Origin: Selaginella moellendorffii
Taxonomy: Eukaryota; Plantae; Lycopodiophyta
DNA length: 64,000 bases
Assembly: GCF_000143415.4 (NCBI RefSeq)
Contig: NW_003314320.1
Location: forward strand, 138,787-202,786
Reading direction: 5' to 3'
A program made the translations under genes and the position numbers. Shown here piece after piece: positions 51,000-64,000 of the stretch (position 1 is the first letter of the stretch; every line of letters begins with the position of its first letter). The notes below the pieces were generated by a model, which saw only the letters and a program-made list of their open reading frames with translations, ran no database searches and was not told the origin of the DNA.

Positions 51000-52041
<1,042 letters not shown>

Positions 52042-52295
52042 ATCGACGCTCGTAAAAATTCAATCGATTGCTTTTACCAGTTTACTAAATCTTGTGTAAG
52101 TCTAGGAAAAAAACAAACGCAGGCATTCAAACCACCACTGTAACAAACCAAACAAGAGTGGTCCTTTTTTTTTTCATCTTGCTTCTCTCTTTTCACTTAT
52201 AGCGGCTTAAAACAGTGAAACGCTCGCGAACTTTAAAGTCACCACTTCCATGGCCATCGCTACCGTTGCTTGCCACTACAAATGCGCTTCGCGGG

Positions 52296-53880
52296 ATGGA
52301 GACGAGCGTAACCTTTTTCCCGCAGAGAATGAGGCCTGTCGCAATGCTGCTGGCTATCGTCTTCTTCATCGTGTCTTTCACGAGCTATGTCTCTGCGATG
52401 ACCGCCACTGGCACTGCCTTTTCTTCGTCGTCGTCGCTGAATCAGATCGTTGTTGGTCGAGTTTTCTGCGATCGATGCGTGGAGGGACGCTTCTCCAGGC
52501 ATGCGGCGTTCGTCAAAGGTAAGTCGATAAGTTCTTCCACTCGAAAACTTCGATGTTCTTAGCTGACGAGAACACTTACGCTTTCCAGGTGCCAAAGTTG
52601 CGCTCGAGTGCACGGGAGACGATGGAGGAATTCACGTTGCCGGGGGCGAGACGGACATGGCTGGCTCGTTTCTGATCCCCTTCGACACCTCCAAGATCAA
52701 CACCCACTCCTGCTCGGTCAAGCTTGTAAACACACCGCTCTCCGAGTGTAATCTCGTCTCCAAGCCGGCTCAAGTTCTCACACCCGACATGAAGCTCAAG
52801 AAAAACGTCGTCTACGCCGGACTGCTGAGCTTCCGGCCGGAAGAACCACTCCCAGCCTGTTCTTCACGGAAGAGTGACGCCTACTACGGCACTCCGCCAG
52901 CGTACTCGTCCCCAGCGCCTGTGACCCGTGCCGCTCCTCCACCGCCAGCGTTCTCTTCTCCAGCTCCGATAGTCCGAGCTTCACCACCTCCACTCTACTC
53001 GAGCCCGGTTCCATACTCTTCTCCAGCTCCGATGGTCCGATCTTCGCCACCTCCGCTGTACTCGAGCCCGGTTCCATACTCTTCTCCAGCTCCGATCGTT
53101 CCAGCCTCTCCGCCACCATATTCGTCTCCAGCTCCAATTGTTCCAGCCTCTCCACCGCCTTATTCCTCTCCAGCTCCGATCGTTCGCTCGTCCCCTCCAC
53201 CACTGTATTCTTCTCCAGCTCCAGTTGTTCGCCCATCACCTCCACCATATTCGTCTCCAGCTCCGATCGTTCGCTCGTCACCTCCACCATACTCCTCTCC
53301 AGCTCCGGTCGTTCGCTCCTCACCTCCACCACTGTATCAGCCTCCTCCACTTTACTCCAGCCCGGCTCCGATCATCCGCTCAGCACCACCAGTTCCAGTG
53401 TCTTGCGCTCCTCCAATCTACTCTAGTCCGGCTCCAGTAGTTCGTTCATCGCCGCCACCAGCGTACTCCTCTCCTTCACCGCCACCATACTCTTCTCCAG
53501 CTCCGATCGTTCGTTCTTCTCCACCTCCATTGTACTCTTCTCCAGCTCCCTCACCACCGCCACTCTACTCTTCCCCATCTCCAATCTCTCGATCCTCCCC
53601 TCCTCCACTGTACTCTTCCCCAGCTCCAATCTCTTCACCTCCTCCATATTCTTCTCCAGCTCCAATCACTCGATCCTCACCGCCTCCACTCTACTCTTCC
53701 CCAGCTCCAATCACTCGATCCTCGCCTCCTCCGCTCTACTCTTCCCCAGCACCGATCACTCGATCCTCACCTCCGCCATTGTACTCGCCGCCAGCTCCGA
53801 TCGCACCCCCGCCAGTCTTCTCGTCGCCAGCTCCAATCGTTCGATCGTCTCCTCCTCCTGGCTACGCCCCACCCTACTAG
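52296..53880 (+). CDS. Pollen Ole e 1 domain / extensin-like chimeric cell-wall protein, 2 exons
   Basis: Signal peptide; VVGRVFCDRC...|GAKVALEC...TDMAGSF...CSVKLVNTPLSEC (Ole e 1); then about 330 aa of SSPPP(L)YSSPAPI(V/T)R repeats. Confidence 0.93.
52890..53877 (+). repeat. Coding tandem repeats of ~42-45 bp (SSPPP(L)YSSPAPIVR)
   Basis: Recurring TACTC(T/C)TC(T/C)CCAGCTCC(G/A)ATC units. Confidence 0.9.
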
Positions 53881-53953
53881 TCACGAAGAGAAATATTTAG
53901 GGTTCTAGCCTCTAGATTTTGTTCTTTCTTCTTCACGGAATAGAATTTGCCCT

Positions 53954-56900
53954 ATGGCGCTTCTCTGGCGCAGCGCTGGATCGCCAAATGCGAAGGCTCT
54001 TGTTCTTTGTTGCTCCTGCGTTGTCGGGATCGTCGCTGTAGTCGCGGTTGCGAGAAGGGTCCGGCGGCGCGTCGCAGAAGACGGTAAGAATCGAACGATT
54101 TTTTCATGATCTAGGGAAGAAACTTAGCTCTTACAGACAATGAAGACGAGGAAATCAAGCCGCAGAAGAGATTCAAGAGAATCCTGGCTGATAACACTCC
54201 ATTGCCATTCGTTCACTTGGAAATTCCAGGCAAAGGTTAGCTCGATCGAGGTTCTTTTTTTTACTCGTTCTGGATTTCCAGGGGAGGATTCGCATCCTTA
54301 TGGCGATGAGATCAGAGCTCTGCTAGAGGATCCAGTCCTTCCATTGTCTGAAACCGAGCAGCCATTGGCTGAGATGGAAGAACCATTCGTTTGGATCGAA
54401 ACGAAGGAAGCGTTGGAGGATTTGGCAGAGGTTTTGTCCGAGGAAAGTGAGTTTGCTGTGGACACTGAACAGCACAGCATTCGATCGTTCCTTGGATTCA
54501 CGGCTCTCATCCAGATATCAACGTACAAACGCGACTATTTGATAGATGCAATCGCACTGCATGACGAGATGGAGATCTTAAGGCCTGTCTTTGCGAATGC
54601 TGCTATTTGTAAGGTCCATACTCGAGCGCTATGGGGTAAAAACTTACACTAACACTTTGCCTTGTGTATAACAGGTGTTTCATGGTGCTGACAGCGACAT
54701 ACTCTGGCTACAACGGGATTTTCACATCTACGTTGTTAATCTCTTCGACACAGCTCGCGTAACTATTTTTTTTCTCTCTCAATGTAACCTTTTATGTGTC
54801 TGATGGATGGAATGCAGGCTTGCGATGTTTTAGGAAAGCCTCAAAGGTCCCTGGCTTATCTCTTGCAAACTTACTGCAACATATCGACAAATAAAGCTTT
54901 CCAGGTACGTAAAATACTGGCAGACATTAACTGGACTAATTATTTTGGTAGTAGAAGTCAGATTGGCGTCAACGTCCTTTACCTGAAGATATATTACTGT
55001 ATGCTCGCACTGATGCGCATTTCTTGCTGTACATAGCTAGGAAGCTATATTCCGAGCTTCTCCAAGGAGAAACCGACCTTGCGAACGCCCCGCTGCAAAT
55101 GGCAACGCGAAGGTCACACTTGATTTGCTTGCAACTTTACGAGAAGGATGCTTCATCAGCGTCGGCAGCTGCGTCTTTATTTTCGAAGTTTCAGGAATCC
55201 AATCTGGATAAGCCTCGGGTGAATCTAAGCATTTCCAGAAATGCTCTTGTATAGATACTAATGGTGAAGTTTTTGCAGGAGGCATCGATGCGTAGGCGAC
55301 TCAGGTTGCTGTGTGAGTGGCGAGATGCTGTGGTACGTCCTTACTTGGCATCTGTTCATGTTCTCGTTTTGATCATCGCCTTGTTGTTTCGCAGGCAAGG
55401 ATTGAAGATGAGAGCCTGCGTTTTGTATTATCAGACGCGGCTATCGTAGCTATTGCAAGAACGCTTCCTCGAACTGAAAAAGAGGTTTATCGGTCGATTC
55501 ATGCAGCTGACATGGCGACGTCAACCGACTCGAGTAAAACAAGCTTGTTACCGTTGCCATCTCCCCTAGTCAAAAGGCATATCAGCTCATTGATCCTCGC
55601 AATCAAAGATTCAGCCGCTAACGCCACCTCCGGTGAGCAGCGGGATGACAAGAAAGGGAGGAGATTCTTATTCAACAAGAGAAGCAACTCCGAACTCAAA
55701 CGCACGCAGTTTGTAAAGAAATTTTCTTGCAAGGGCCTGGTGTACGAAAACTGCCGAATTTATGCTGGAGATGGCCGTCTTCTGTGTTATTGCGACCGGA
55801 GAAAACTCGAATGGTTTGTGGCCTGATCCCTGAACTCTCTCGACAGTCGTTTCTATTTACGATGACAGTGCGTTATATCTTTTGGGTGCAGGTACTTACA
55901 GCGTGGTCTTGCAGAACGCTTAAATGAAGAACCGCCAGCTATACGTCTTTGTTTCGAGCCAAAAGGACGTCCAGAAGACGAGAACAACGAGTTTTACATT
56001 CAGAGCAAGTCCAACCAGTGCGTCGGGTGTGGAGAGAGTAGCCATTACCTGCGTTACAGGATCATCCCTTCCTGCTATAGACAACACTTTCCAGAGTATT
56101 TGAAGAGCCACAGGTCTCACGACATAGTGCTCTTGTGCGTGGATTGCCACGAGAAAGCGCACCGTGCGGCCGAGAAGTACAAGCACGTTATTGCACTTGA
56201 GTCCGGGATACCATTGTTCGCGAGAAAGATTATTGCTGCCGAAGACGTAGAAGGCTCTGGATACTCAGTCATTGAGAGCGAGACGGGAGTTCCACCACTG
56301 CAGCTGCGCAACGCAGCAATGGCACTACTGTGTCACGGGCCAGACATGCCAGAAAGCAGACGAGCAGAGCTGGAGATGGTATGTTTTCCATTGTCTTTTC
56401 TGTTTCGATAGCTGGCCCCGAGCGTCCTTTTTTTTGTTTCTTTGCAGGTTATAAGTGGCTACTTTGGTGGTCGTCAAATAGACGAAGCAGACATGAAAGC
56501 TGCAGCGCTTGTAGGCATTGACCCGAGGGGAAAGAAGCGGCTAACTAGGAAAATCGACAAGCTACTACGGAAGAAGCAGGCGCACAACAGTAACGCCGCG
56601 GTTGAGTCACCGGTGGTAGAAAACGGAGAGCCAGGCAAGAACCCGAAAAAAACGCACAAGATATCGCTTCTCGGTCATGGGTTACACGGGAAGAAAAGTT
56701 GTGGAGAAGATATGGGAAGGGCAAGGCGAGGACGGCATCAGAGATTTTATACAGAGGTGGCGTATGGTGTTCGTGGATGCGGTTCATCCGGGTTATTTGC
56801 CTACGGGATGGGAGGTCACGCACAGGTAGATTTCTTCCTCTCTTTAATTCCTTTTGGTGGCGGCGCTGGCTAAAGACAAAGGATACTAACTTCGCTGCTC

Positions 56901-56976
56901 GCAATTACAATGCAGTGGACGTCGTGAATTCGGAGAGCACAGTGTCTACCGGCCGAAATGGCTAACGCGCACCTGA
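53954..56976 (+). CDS. RRP6L3: RRP6-like 3 exoribonuclease (N-terminal TM, DEDD exonuclease, HRDC, C-terminal HNH-like region); +1 frameshift at ~56694-56697
   Basis: [13 protein letters not shown]; [24 protein letters not shown]; [16 protein letters not shown]; [15 protein letters not shown]; [14 protein letters not shown]; [18 protein letters not shown]; [10 protein letters not shown]; [17 protein letters not shown]; conserved tail VVEK...[24 protein letters not shown]|[11 protein letters not shown] lies in a shifted frame. Confidence 0.93.
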
Positions 56977-58522
56977 GAGAGAGTCATCGTCGGTGGTGTC
57001 GTCGTCTTCTTGTCTGACAACTTAAACGCCTACCTCGCTCGCTCGCTGCTCGTTGGTTCGTGCAAGTAAGTAGCGGCCAGCAGCTACTTGATTTCGATCC
57101 GCCCTTTTTTCTTTTCTCTCTCTTTACTTGACTTTTTGTGTTCTTTATTTCTCAGGCTGCTCGTTCGTACTACTTTTGAGCATTTCGGGAAAATCGCGGT
57201 GGTGTTCACGCACGCACTGGTAGAGTGAGTGGTGGAGTGGTGTGCCAACAAGTTGAAGTTAAGAGGAGAGCAACAGAGGGCACGCTCGCTCCCATCCATT
57301 CCAGGTTCATCATTTTTTTTCATTTGGAGTTGTTTGGCAAGTTCAAGGGGCCAGCCAGCCAGGCACCACTGACTGACTCACACCTATACGAGTCGGGGTT
57401 GCAGCTTGCAGCAGCAGGGAGCATTATATATTTTCTCGCACCAGTGGCTGACAACTTACAAGCGTTGGAGGCAAGCAATGGCCATGGCACACCGTACTGA
57501 GCGAGCGCCTGCGCAAGCTTCGCCCAAAGAAAATGCCAAAGTCGGGAAAAACTACTCTGGTACTGTACCGATGCATCTGGCCCTGCATCTTCATCCCAAA
57601 GTTTTTACGGAGATTCTAATCTATACACGCTTTTGCTCTTCTTTCTGCGGCAGGCTGCTGCCCCAGAGACGTGAAGAAGAGATAAAAAGAGCCAGTCACT
57701 AAATCGCTCTGGCGGTGATGGCTGGTTGTCTCGCCTTTCTCTATTTTCCCGTGACTTGCGCGGGGATGATCCGACAAATCTCAGCTCGCTCGATCGATTT
57801 CACTCGAAGCTCAAGGTGGTTTCTCTCGGTTGAGTTTTGCTGACTGAGTTTGAAGTTTCGTGTGCTAGAAAACTCGCGGAAGAAAAGAATGCTGTGCGGC
57901 CGCTGACCACTGACACACACATTCATCAATGTTGAAGATTTGGAGGAGATATTGAATGGCATGCATCATGTGTCATGCGCGGTGGCCATGATGGGTATCA
58001 TCCATCCGGGAAAAACGAAAAGAATGTAAGCGCGACCCAGCGAAAGATTCGAACCATCGACGCGTTCCTCGGACTGAATCGCGGAAGAATGAATTTCCGT
58101 GGGGTTTTTATGGTTCCGTACGCATACGCATGCGATACGATTGTCGCTAAATACGGGGACAAATGCGTATTTTTTAAGTATTTCTTTGGTATGTTCCCTT
58201 GTTGCCAAATGTTTGGTGCCTGTCTAGCGGTTTTTGTTGTTGGAAGCGGATCAGTGACAGGAAAAGTCTCTTAAAAAACTAGTTTTTTTTTTCCAGTAAT
58301 ATTGGAAGCAAAAAAAAAAAAAAAAGAAAGAAAAATTTCTGGACTGTGGATTTTGATAGTACACTGCCAACTTCATTTGCTCCATTAACTTCCCAAAAAC
58401 ACACCTCACAACTCATGTGTTGTTTCTTCTCCTTGGTCTTGTCTGAGAGCAGCTTTGTCTTTGTCAAACCAATGCATGAGCTTTCCTTTTGGGCACATCT
58501 TTCCTTGATTCTTTTATGCTCC

Positions 58523-58570
58523 CCAGTGCCAGTGGAGGAGATTTGATCAGTGCCAGTGGAGGAGATTTGA
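58523..58570. repeat. 24-bp tandem duplication beside an assembly gap
   Basis: CAGTGCCAGTGGAGGAGATTTGAT occurs twice. Confidence 0.85.
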
Positions 58571-58600
58571 TTGATCCCAATTCCAAAGAGAGAACAAGCA

Positions 58601-58823
58601 NNNNNNNNNNNNNNNNNNNNNNNNNNNNNNNNNNNNNNNNNNNNNNNNNNNNNNNNNNNNNNNNNNNNNNNNNNNNNNNNNNNNNNNNNNNNNNNNNNNN
58701 NNNNNNNNNNNNNNNNNNNNNNNNNNNNNNNNNNNNNNNNNNNNNNNNNNNNNNNNNNNNNNNNNNNNNNNNNNNNNNNNNNNNNNNNNNNNNNNNNNNN
58801 NNNNNNNNNNNNNNNNNNNNNNN
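58601..58823. other. Assembly gap (N run)
   Basis: Run of N. Confidence 1.
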
Positions 58824-59520
58824 AGTGGATCCATAGATGCTCCTGACAAGACAACCCCCAAATCTGAAAATAGTTCATGTTGTTCATCCATCCCTCCGTT
58901 TTTTGTTTTTTTGCTTTTTTTCTCTCTATAAAAAAGAAAGAATTGAGGAAGAAATTTCTTGTTTTTAGGCAGGAACAGTCCAGAGCAGAGCTGCTGCAGG
59001 TTGCTTCACAGCGCGCTCGCTGTCAATTCGTAAAAGAGCGAAAGGAAAAACCAAGCCAAATGTCAGCCAGCGGCAACACAAACACCCACAAAAAAGCAAG
59101 CCCTCCATCCATCAAATTTTTACCATTTTTTTCCCTCTTTTTTCCTGGATGAAAGGCAAGTTGTCGTACCCAATCGTATGAATCCCCGGGAAGGAAACGA
59201 AAAAAAGAACGAAAGAAAGTGTCAGCGGCGCGAGGAAATCCGGGAGTAAACCACCAGTCGCGCTGTTTAAAGCAGGGGTTTAGAGAGGTTTTAGGAAAAG
59301 ATCTGCGCGTATAATCCGGAAGAAATTGTGCGTCCCCCGCATTCATCAGAAACAAATGCCGCAGCTCACACATCATCCACATCATCATCCACATCAAACA
59401 CACCATCATAAGCATCGCCATGCCCATTCAATCTCTCCCCCTTTTCACTACCTTTTACTAGCATTTTTTTTCCTCTCGGATCGAAGGCCTCGAGGGGGAG
59501 TAGGAAAAAAAGTGGTTTTT

Positions 59521-59558
<38 letters not shown>

Positions 59559-60028
59559 TTTCCGCTGTTTTTACCCTGCGAGGAGAGGAGGGGGACGATG
59601 GAAGAGGAAGAAGAGCTCGGTGGCTATGGTGGTATGTATGGTATGTGATGATGGAGTGATGCGATGATGATGGGTGGGAGTGGTGGTCACTTGTGATCTG
59701 TGTTTTCTGTGTGTGTGTGTGTGAGAGAGAGAGAGAGTGTGCGTTACCTAGAAGACAAACCAAAACAAAAGGGAAGGAGAAGAGAAAGAGGAAAAAAAAA
59801 AAAAGAAGGAACAAGAAGACGCTGGAAAAGCATTCGTTCGGTCGCTCGCTCAAGCAAGCGGTGGGACGAAAGAAGAAAGAGGGCTTTAATTTTTTTTTAA
59901 TTTTCTCTTTGGTTTCCTTTGGTTTGTGCTTCCGTCGCTTGGGCGAGGTGGAGGAGCGAGCGCTAGATCTGCAAGAGGGTGCTGCATTTCTCGGGTTTGG
60001 ATTCTTTGGGGGGCGAGGCGAGGAGGAG

Positions 60029-62775
60029 ATGGGGGACGATCACCCAAAGCGCAAGATGAAGACTCCATCGCAGCTAGAGATTCTGGAGCGAGTGTATGCA
60101 GGTATGGAGGATTGTTTTCAATCAGGGATTAAAGAAGAAAACGAGAGCAAAACAAAAGAGAAGAAAAGAATGAAAGCGAGCGAGCGAGGGAGGGAGCGGG
60201 GCAGGCATTGAGCAAAGAGAAAAGAAAAAGCTTGGATGTTTATTCTTTGTTTGCATTCATTCTAGATTATCACCGCAACCAGCATCACTGTTCCATTTGG
60301 TTTGGGTGTGCCGCGAGTTCTTTTAGCTATGGTTTCCTCGAGCTCGATAGGATCCTCTCCTTCTTTCCTGGCTGATGGAAAAAAAAAATCTTTCTTTGGT
60401 TGTGTAGAGGACAAGTACCCATCAGAGATTGTCCGATCGGAGCTCTCGCACCAGCTAAATCTCACGGACAGGCAAGTAAAGATGTGGTTTTGCCACCGGC
60501 GCTTAAAAGACCGCAAAGGTTCTACCACCACCACCACCACCACCACCACGACTAGCACCGAAGAAACCCGACACAAGAAAAACCAGCAAAGGATCCATCC
60601 TCAATACCAACTTGATCACCACCACCACTTACTTCCGCCGCCGCCACCACCAGCGCCGCCACCTCCGCCGCCGCACCACCACCATCCCGGCCTGTCGCTC
60701 GACTTTGGATCGCCAATGCAGCAGCAGCAGCCAATGCGAGTGCTCCCGATCGCCACCGCCGCTCCTCACAACTTTCTCGATATGATGCATCCCGAGGAGC
60801 GAGCTTTTCATATGAGGCAATTGGCGAAGAGGGACTTGGAGACGAATGGTGGCCGTGGTAGCGCGTACCGGAGGCTGGGACTCCACAACGTAAGTCCTCT
60901 GGATTGCCGGTTGAGTGTGAGTCCCGAGGTGGCGGCCATCAGGCTGGTGGAGGAGCAGCTCGGCGAGCCGATGAGAGAAGATGGTCCCATTCTTGGCTAC
61001 GAGTTTGATCCTCTTCCACCCGGTGCTTTCGATACTCCAATCGGTACGTATCATCGATCTCTTTGCTTTAGTTGCTTATCTTTCTCGCTTAGAGCACGGA
61101 AGTCAGTATCCGAGAAGCCAGTTCGCTACTCCGGAGGGAGTTTACAACAGCGAGAGCAAAGCTCACGCTCGTCACGAACCAAAACTTGGAAGAGTGAGTG
61201 GATAGCACTAAGCATACTGACTGATTCAAAACTTTGTTTTTGTAGCAAGCACTCGGTTCCTCGGACTTTTCTCCATCCCCGGCGACTTCGTCCAGCAAGA
61301 GGAAGAACAGCTCTTCGTCGCCGTTTCTTCCACTCGCGACTGTGCCGCAGTCTCCGAGAGTTCCTCACGAGCACCAGTTCATACCCGAGCATCCGACTGG
61401 AACTGGCGCTCACTTTTACGATCGATCCAGCTCCAAGCAGCAGCAGCAGCAACCACAGCAGCAATCTCTCGAACTTAGCACACGAATCTCTCCACTTTCG
61501 TTCTTGCCACCCGCTGGAGTGGAGACTTTTGGAAATGGCTTTTGCACCGAGAGCCGGCAAGCTCCGACGCTTGGACTTGGCTTTCCGCCGCCGAGCGACA
61601 TGAGATTTCCAGCGGACTTTTTGCCACGAACCGGTATGCCATTTCCACCACCCGAGGTTCAACTTTTGCCACCAGTTCGTCCGCCAATGAGCGAGAAAGC
61701 CATCGCTGGTACCGAGAGATTGATAATGCTGCACGAGCAGGAGCAAGCCCGTCTCGAGAGGAAACGCAAAGTAAGAAAAACTTGGATTCGGTCCTTTCTC
61801 TGCTAAATCCTTTCTCTACCAGGCCGAGGAAGCTCGAATCGCGAAAGAGCACGAAGCACAGGATAAGCGGATGAAAAAGGAAATGGAGAGGCAGGAGGCA
61901 ATGCGGAGAAAGGTTTAGTTTTGTTTCTTTGGGCCGTGATGGATTTTACTGAGTGAGTTCGTGCTTTTGTATATTTCTTAGCAGAAAGAGGATCAAGAGA
62001 GGAAAGAGTCGGAGAAAGTTCACAGGGAGAAGCAAAAGGAGCTTGAAAGGCTGGCTCGGGAGAAAGCTCGCGAAGAGGAGCGCCTCCAGAGGCAGCACAA
62101 GAAAGAGTATGAGCGCATGGAAAAGCTATTGCAGAAAGAAAACCAGCGAGTAAGTGTTTGGTTTTTCGTTTCCAAGTTCACTCCTGGACTTTTGTGTTAC
62201 ACAGGTTGCAAAGCTTCGTCAAAAGGAAGAGATGAGACGAGAGAAAGAGGCCACGAAGCTGAGGGCTGCTTACGAGCGAGCCACAGCGAAAAAACTTGCC
62301 AAACTTTCAACGGGGCTTATCGATGACGAGCAGCTGGAGCTGATGCAAATGGGAGCTTTTGTGCAAGGACTTATCTCCGGCTCTGAATTTGATCCAAACA
62401 AGAGTAAGAAAATGACACTCTGGTGAAAAGTCTTACACGTTTCTTTTTACTCGTTTTTCTTGCTGAAAACAGTTGAATTGCCGATGTTTCCTCCTGCTTC
62501 TGTCCGCATGAAACCACCTATTGGAGTTCCTCCCTGGAATGACTCAAATCACAACGTTGCTAACCTCTTCATGGTATACTCGTGGTTTTCTAGTTATCCT
62601 TTGTGTCATACAAAACGTCCTCTCAGGTGTGGAGAATGCTCACTAACTTCGCAGACGTGATTGGTCTGTGGCCATTCACTCTGGATGAGTTTGTACAGGC
62701 GCTACATGACTATGTAAGTGTGATGTTTCTCTTTCGCTCCTAACTCTACTTCGTTTTTTCTTCAAGGATTCGAGA
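60029..62775 (+). CDS. RLT: Homeobox-DDT domain protein RINGLET (RLT1/RLT2-like), 5' part, cut by gap
   Basis: PKRKMKTPSQLEILERVYA|EDKYPSE..LNLTDRQVKMWFCHRRLKDRK; VEEQLGEPMREDGPILGYEFDPLPPGAF; coiled coil; LIDDEQLELM; FPPASVRMK..PWNDS...NLFM|VWRMLTNFADVIGLWPFTLDEFVQALHDY|DSR (DDT). Confidence 0.95.
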
Positions 62776-62875
62776 NNNNNNNNNNNNNNNNNNNNNNNNN
62801 NNNNNNNNNNNNNNNNNNNNNNNNNNNNNNNNNNNNNNNNNNNNNNNNNNNNNNNNNNNNNNNNNNNNNNNNNNN
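62776..62875. other. Assembly gap (100 N, probably unsized)
   Basis: Exactly 100 N. Confidence 1.
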
Positions 62876-63564
62876 TTTTCTTGATCTTAAAAAAGTGATG
62901 TGTGGGATTATGATTGAACGCTTCTAAGTCAGAATTTATGCTACATGCAGAGCTCTCTACCTGATTAAGGTTAGGAAGAATTATAATCCATGTTTGAATT
63001 AAATCCAGAATATTCTTATTCTAGAGTCTTAGAACCCTAAACGTCCAAACCCTAAAGCTGAGGGTGGCATCGATGGATGCATCGGAACTGGAGAGTGACG
63101 CAGCGGCATCGGAACTCGAGAGTGATGCAGCGGCTGAGTTGATGCTTTTGGAAGAGGAGCCATTCGTGAGAGGTAGTGTCAAAGCTTACCTTGCTCAGCC
63201 TATGAGGGCTGTGCCTGCTGTCATATTATACATAGTAGAACATACAAGATGTTCACATTCTAGCTGACTGCCAGGACTTCCACCAATGCATGAAAGAACT
63301 GATTGCCACCTCCTGTGTTGCCACTGCAAAGCATTAGGACGCATTTGTATATTCTAGGCATCTTCTATGTACTGTGTGGCGCCTATGCCATTCACTTTTT
63401 TGACAGAATTTCCAGGAATGTTTGCTGTGGCGGTGGCGTCAAAGGGACTCCACCACTGTGTTGCTGGCTACGGCTGCTAGGTGAAGACTGAAAAGGGAAC
63501 AATGGCTTTCCTCACAACTCATATGTCTATGGCAAGGCAGCAGGTTTAAACCAACTAGTTTCTG

Positions 63565-63690
63565 AGAGAAGTAAAAGATTTTTCCTGCAGCTTCTCTCTT
63601 TGGATTGCCTTGCCAAGCCTATGTGGTTTTCCAGAAGCAAAAAGGGATTAAAGTTGTGAAGTTTAGTAGCATGAACTTAATTCTTCTGAC
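63565..63690 (+). pseudogene. Decayed fragment of a gamma-COP exon
   Basis: GCCAAGCCTATGTGGTTTTCCAGAAGC...AAGTTT...CATGAA matches 47383-47460 ([21 protein letters not shown]); the translated ORF reads [12 protein letters not shown]. Confidence 0.7.
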
Positions 63691-64000
63691 TTACATCACC
63701 TATATTACAACTAATAAAAGTGAACTACTCCACAATAAAGAAAGTCTCTCAAAAAGTTTCATGCATACTTGCATGGTTCTTTTTGTTTAATAGAATTTGA
63801 AGCTTTAAATATATAACTTCGAGGTTATTTATTGCTTGGGGAGTTCTATAGTTGATATTAACATCTTTTCTTTAAGCTTCTTTTGCTTCTTTGTTTTCTT
63901 CTTATGTTCTTAATAAGCTTATTATTCTAATATTGTTGGATTTTCTAGATGAGAATATAGTGTCATTAGTAGTTGTTATGTTTGATATTTAATGTTTATA

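Noticed and set aside
52796-53665. Repetitive antisense ORFs (ERSELEKSM...)
   Set aside because: Shadow frames of the extensin repeat on the opposite strand.
58279-58891. ORFs containing long X runs
   Set aside because: They only span the N gap.
57000-59300. Possible conserved miRNA precursor in the long intergenic region
   Set aside because: By eye I found no match to the deeply conserved miRNA families and no long hairpin; the gap could still hide one.

Overview
Eukaryotic nuclear DNA from a very compact land-plant genome. Introns are mostly about 50-60 bp, genes are often under 200 bp apart, and there are large PLS-class PPR ORFs; this pattern best fits the lycophyte Selaginella (inference). 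Two gene-dense blocks (1-32.5 kb and 43.5-62.8 kb) flank an AT-rich 32.6-42.3 kb block of nested, decayed Ty3/gypsy LTR retrotransposons. Recognisable genes in order: VMP1 (3' part), an A_thal_3526-family gene, mitochondrial ATP synthase OSCP, ELF4-like, AKR2, a thioredoxin/GST-N protein, a CYP72-clan P450 with an adjacent pseudogenised tandem copy, APX, two PPRs, PIRL, a P2B Ca2+-ATPase, plastid RPS10, gamma-COP, guanosine deaminase, an Ole e 1/extensin chimera, RRP6L3 (with a +1 frameshift) and an RLT homeobox-DDT gene cut by an assembly gap. The best novelty candidate is at 21.9-23.6 kb: a gene fusing a degenerate bacterial-type Uma2/DUF820 (PD-(D/E)xK) nuclease-like domain to ankyrin repeats, with a putative NLS and a 90-bp upstream spacer holding three W-boxes. 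A second candidate is a probable FAM228-like gene at 7.2-8.9 kb. Family assignments come from recalled motifs, not database searches.
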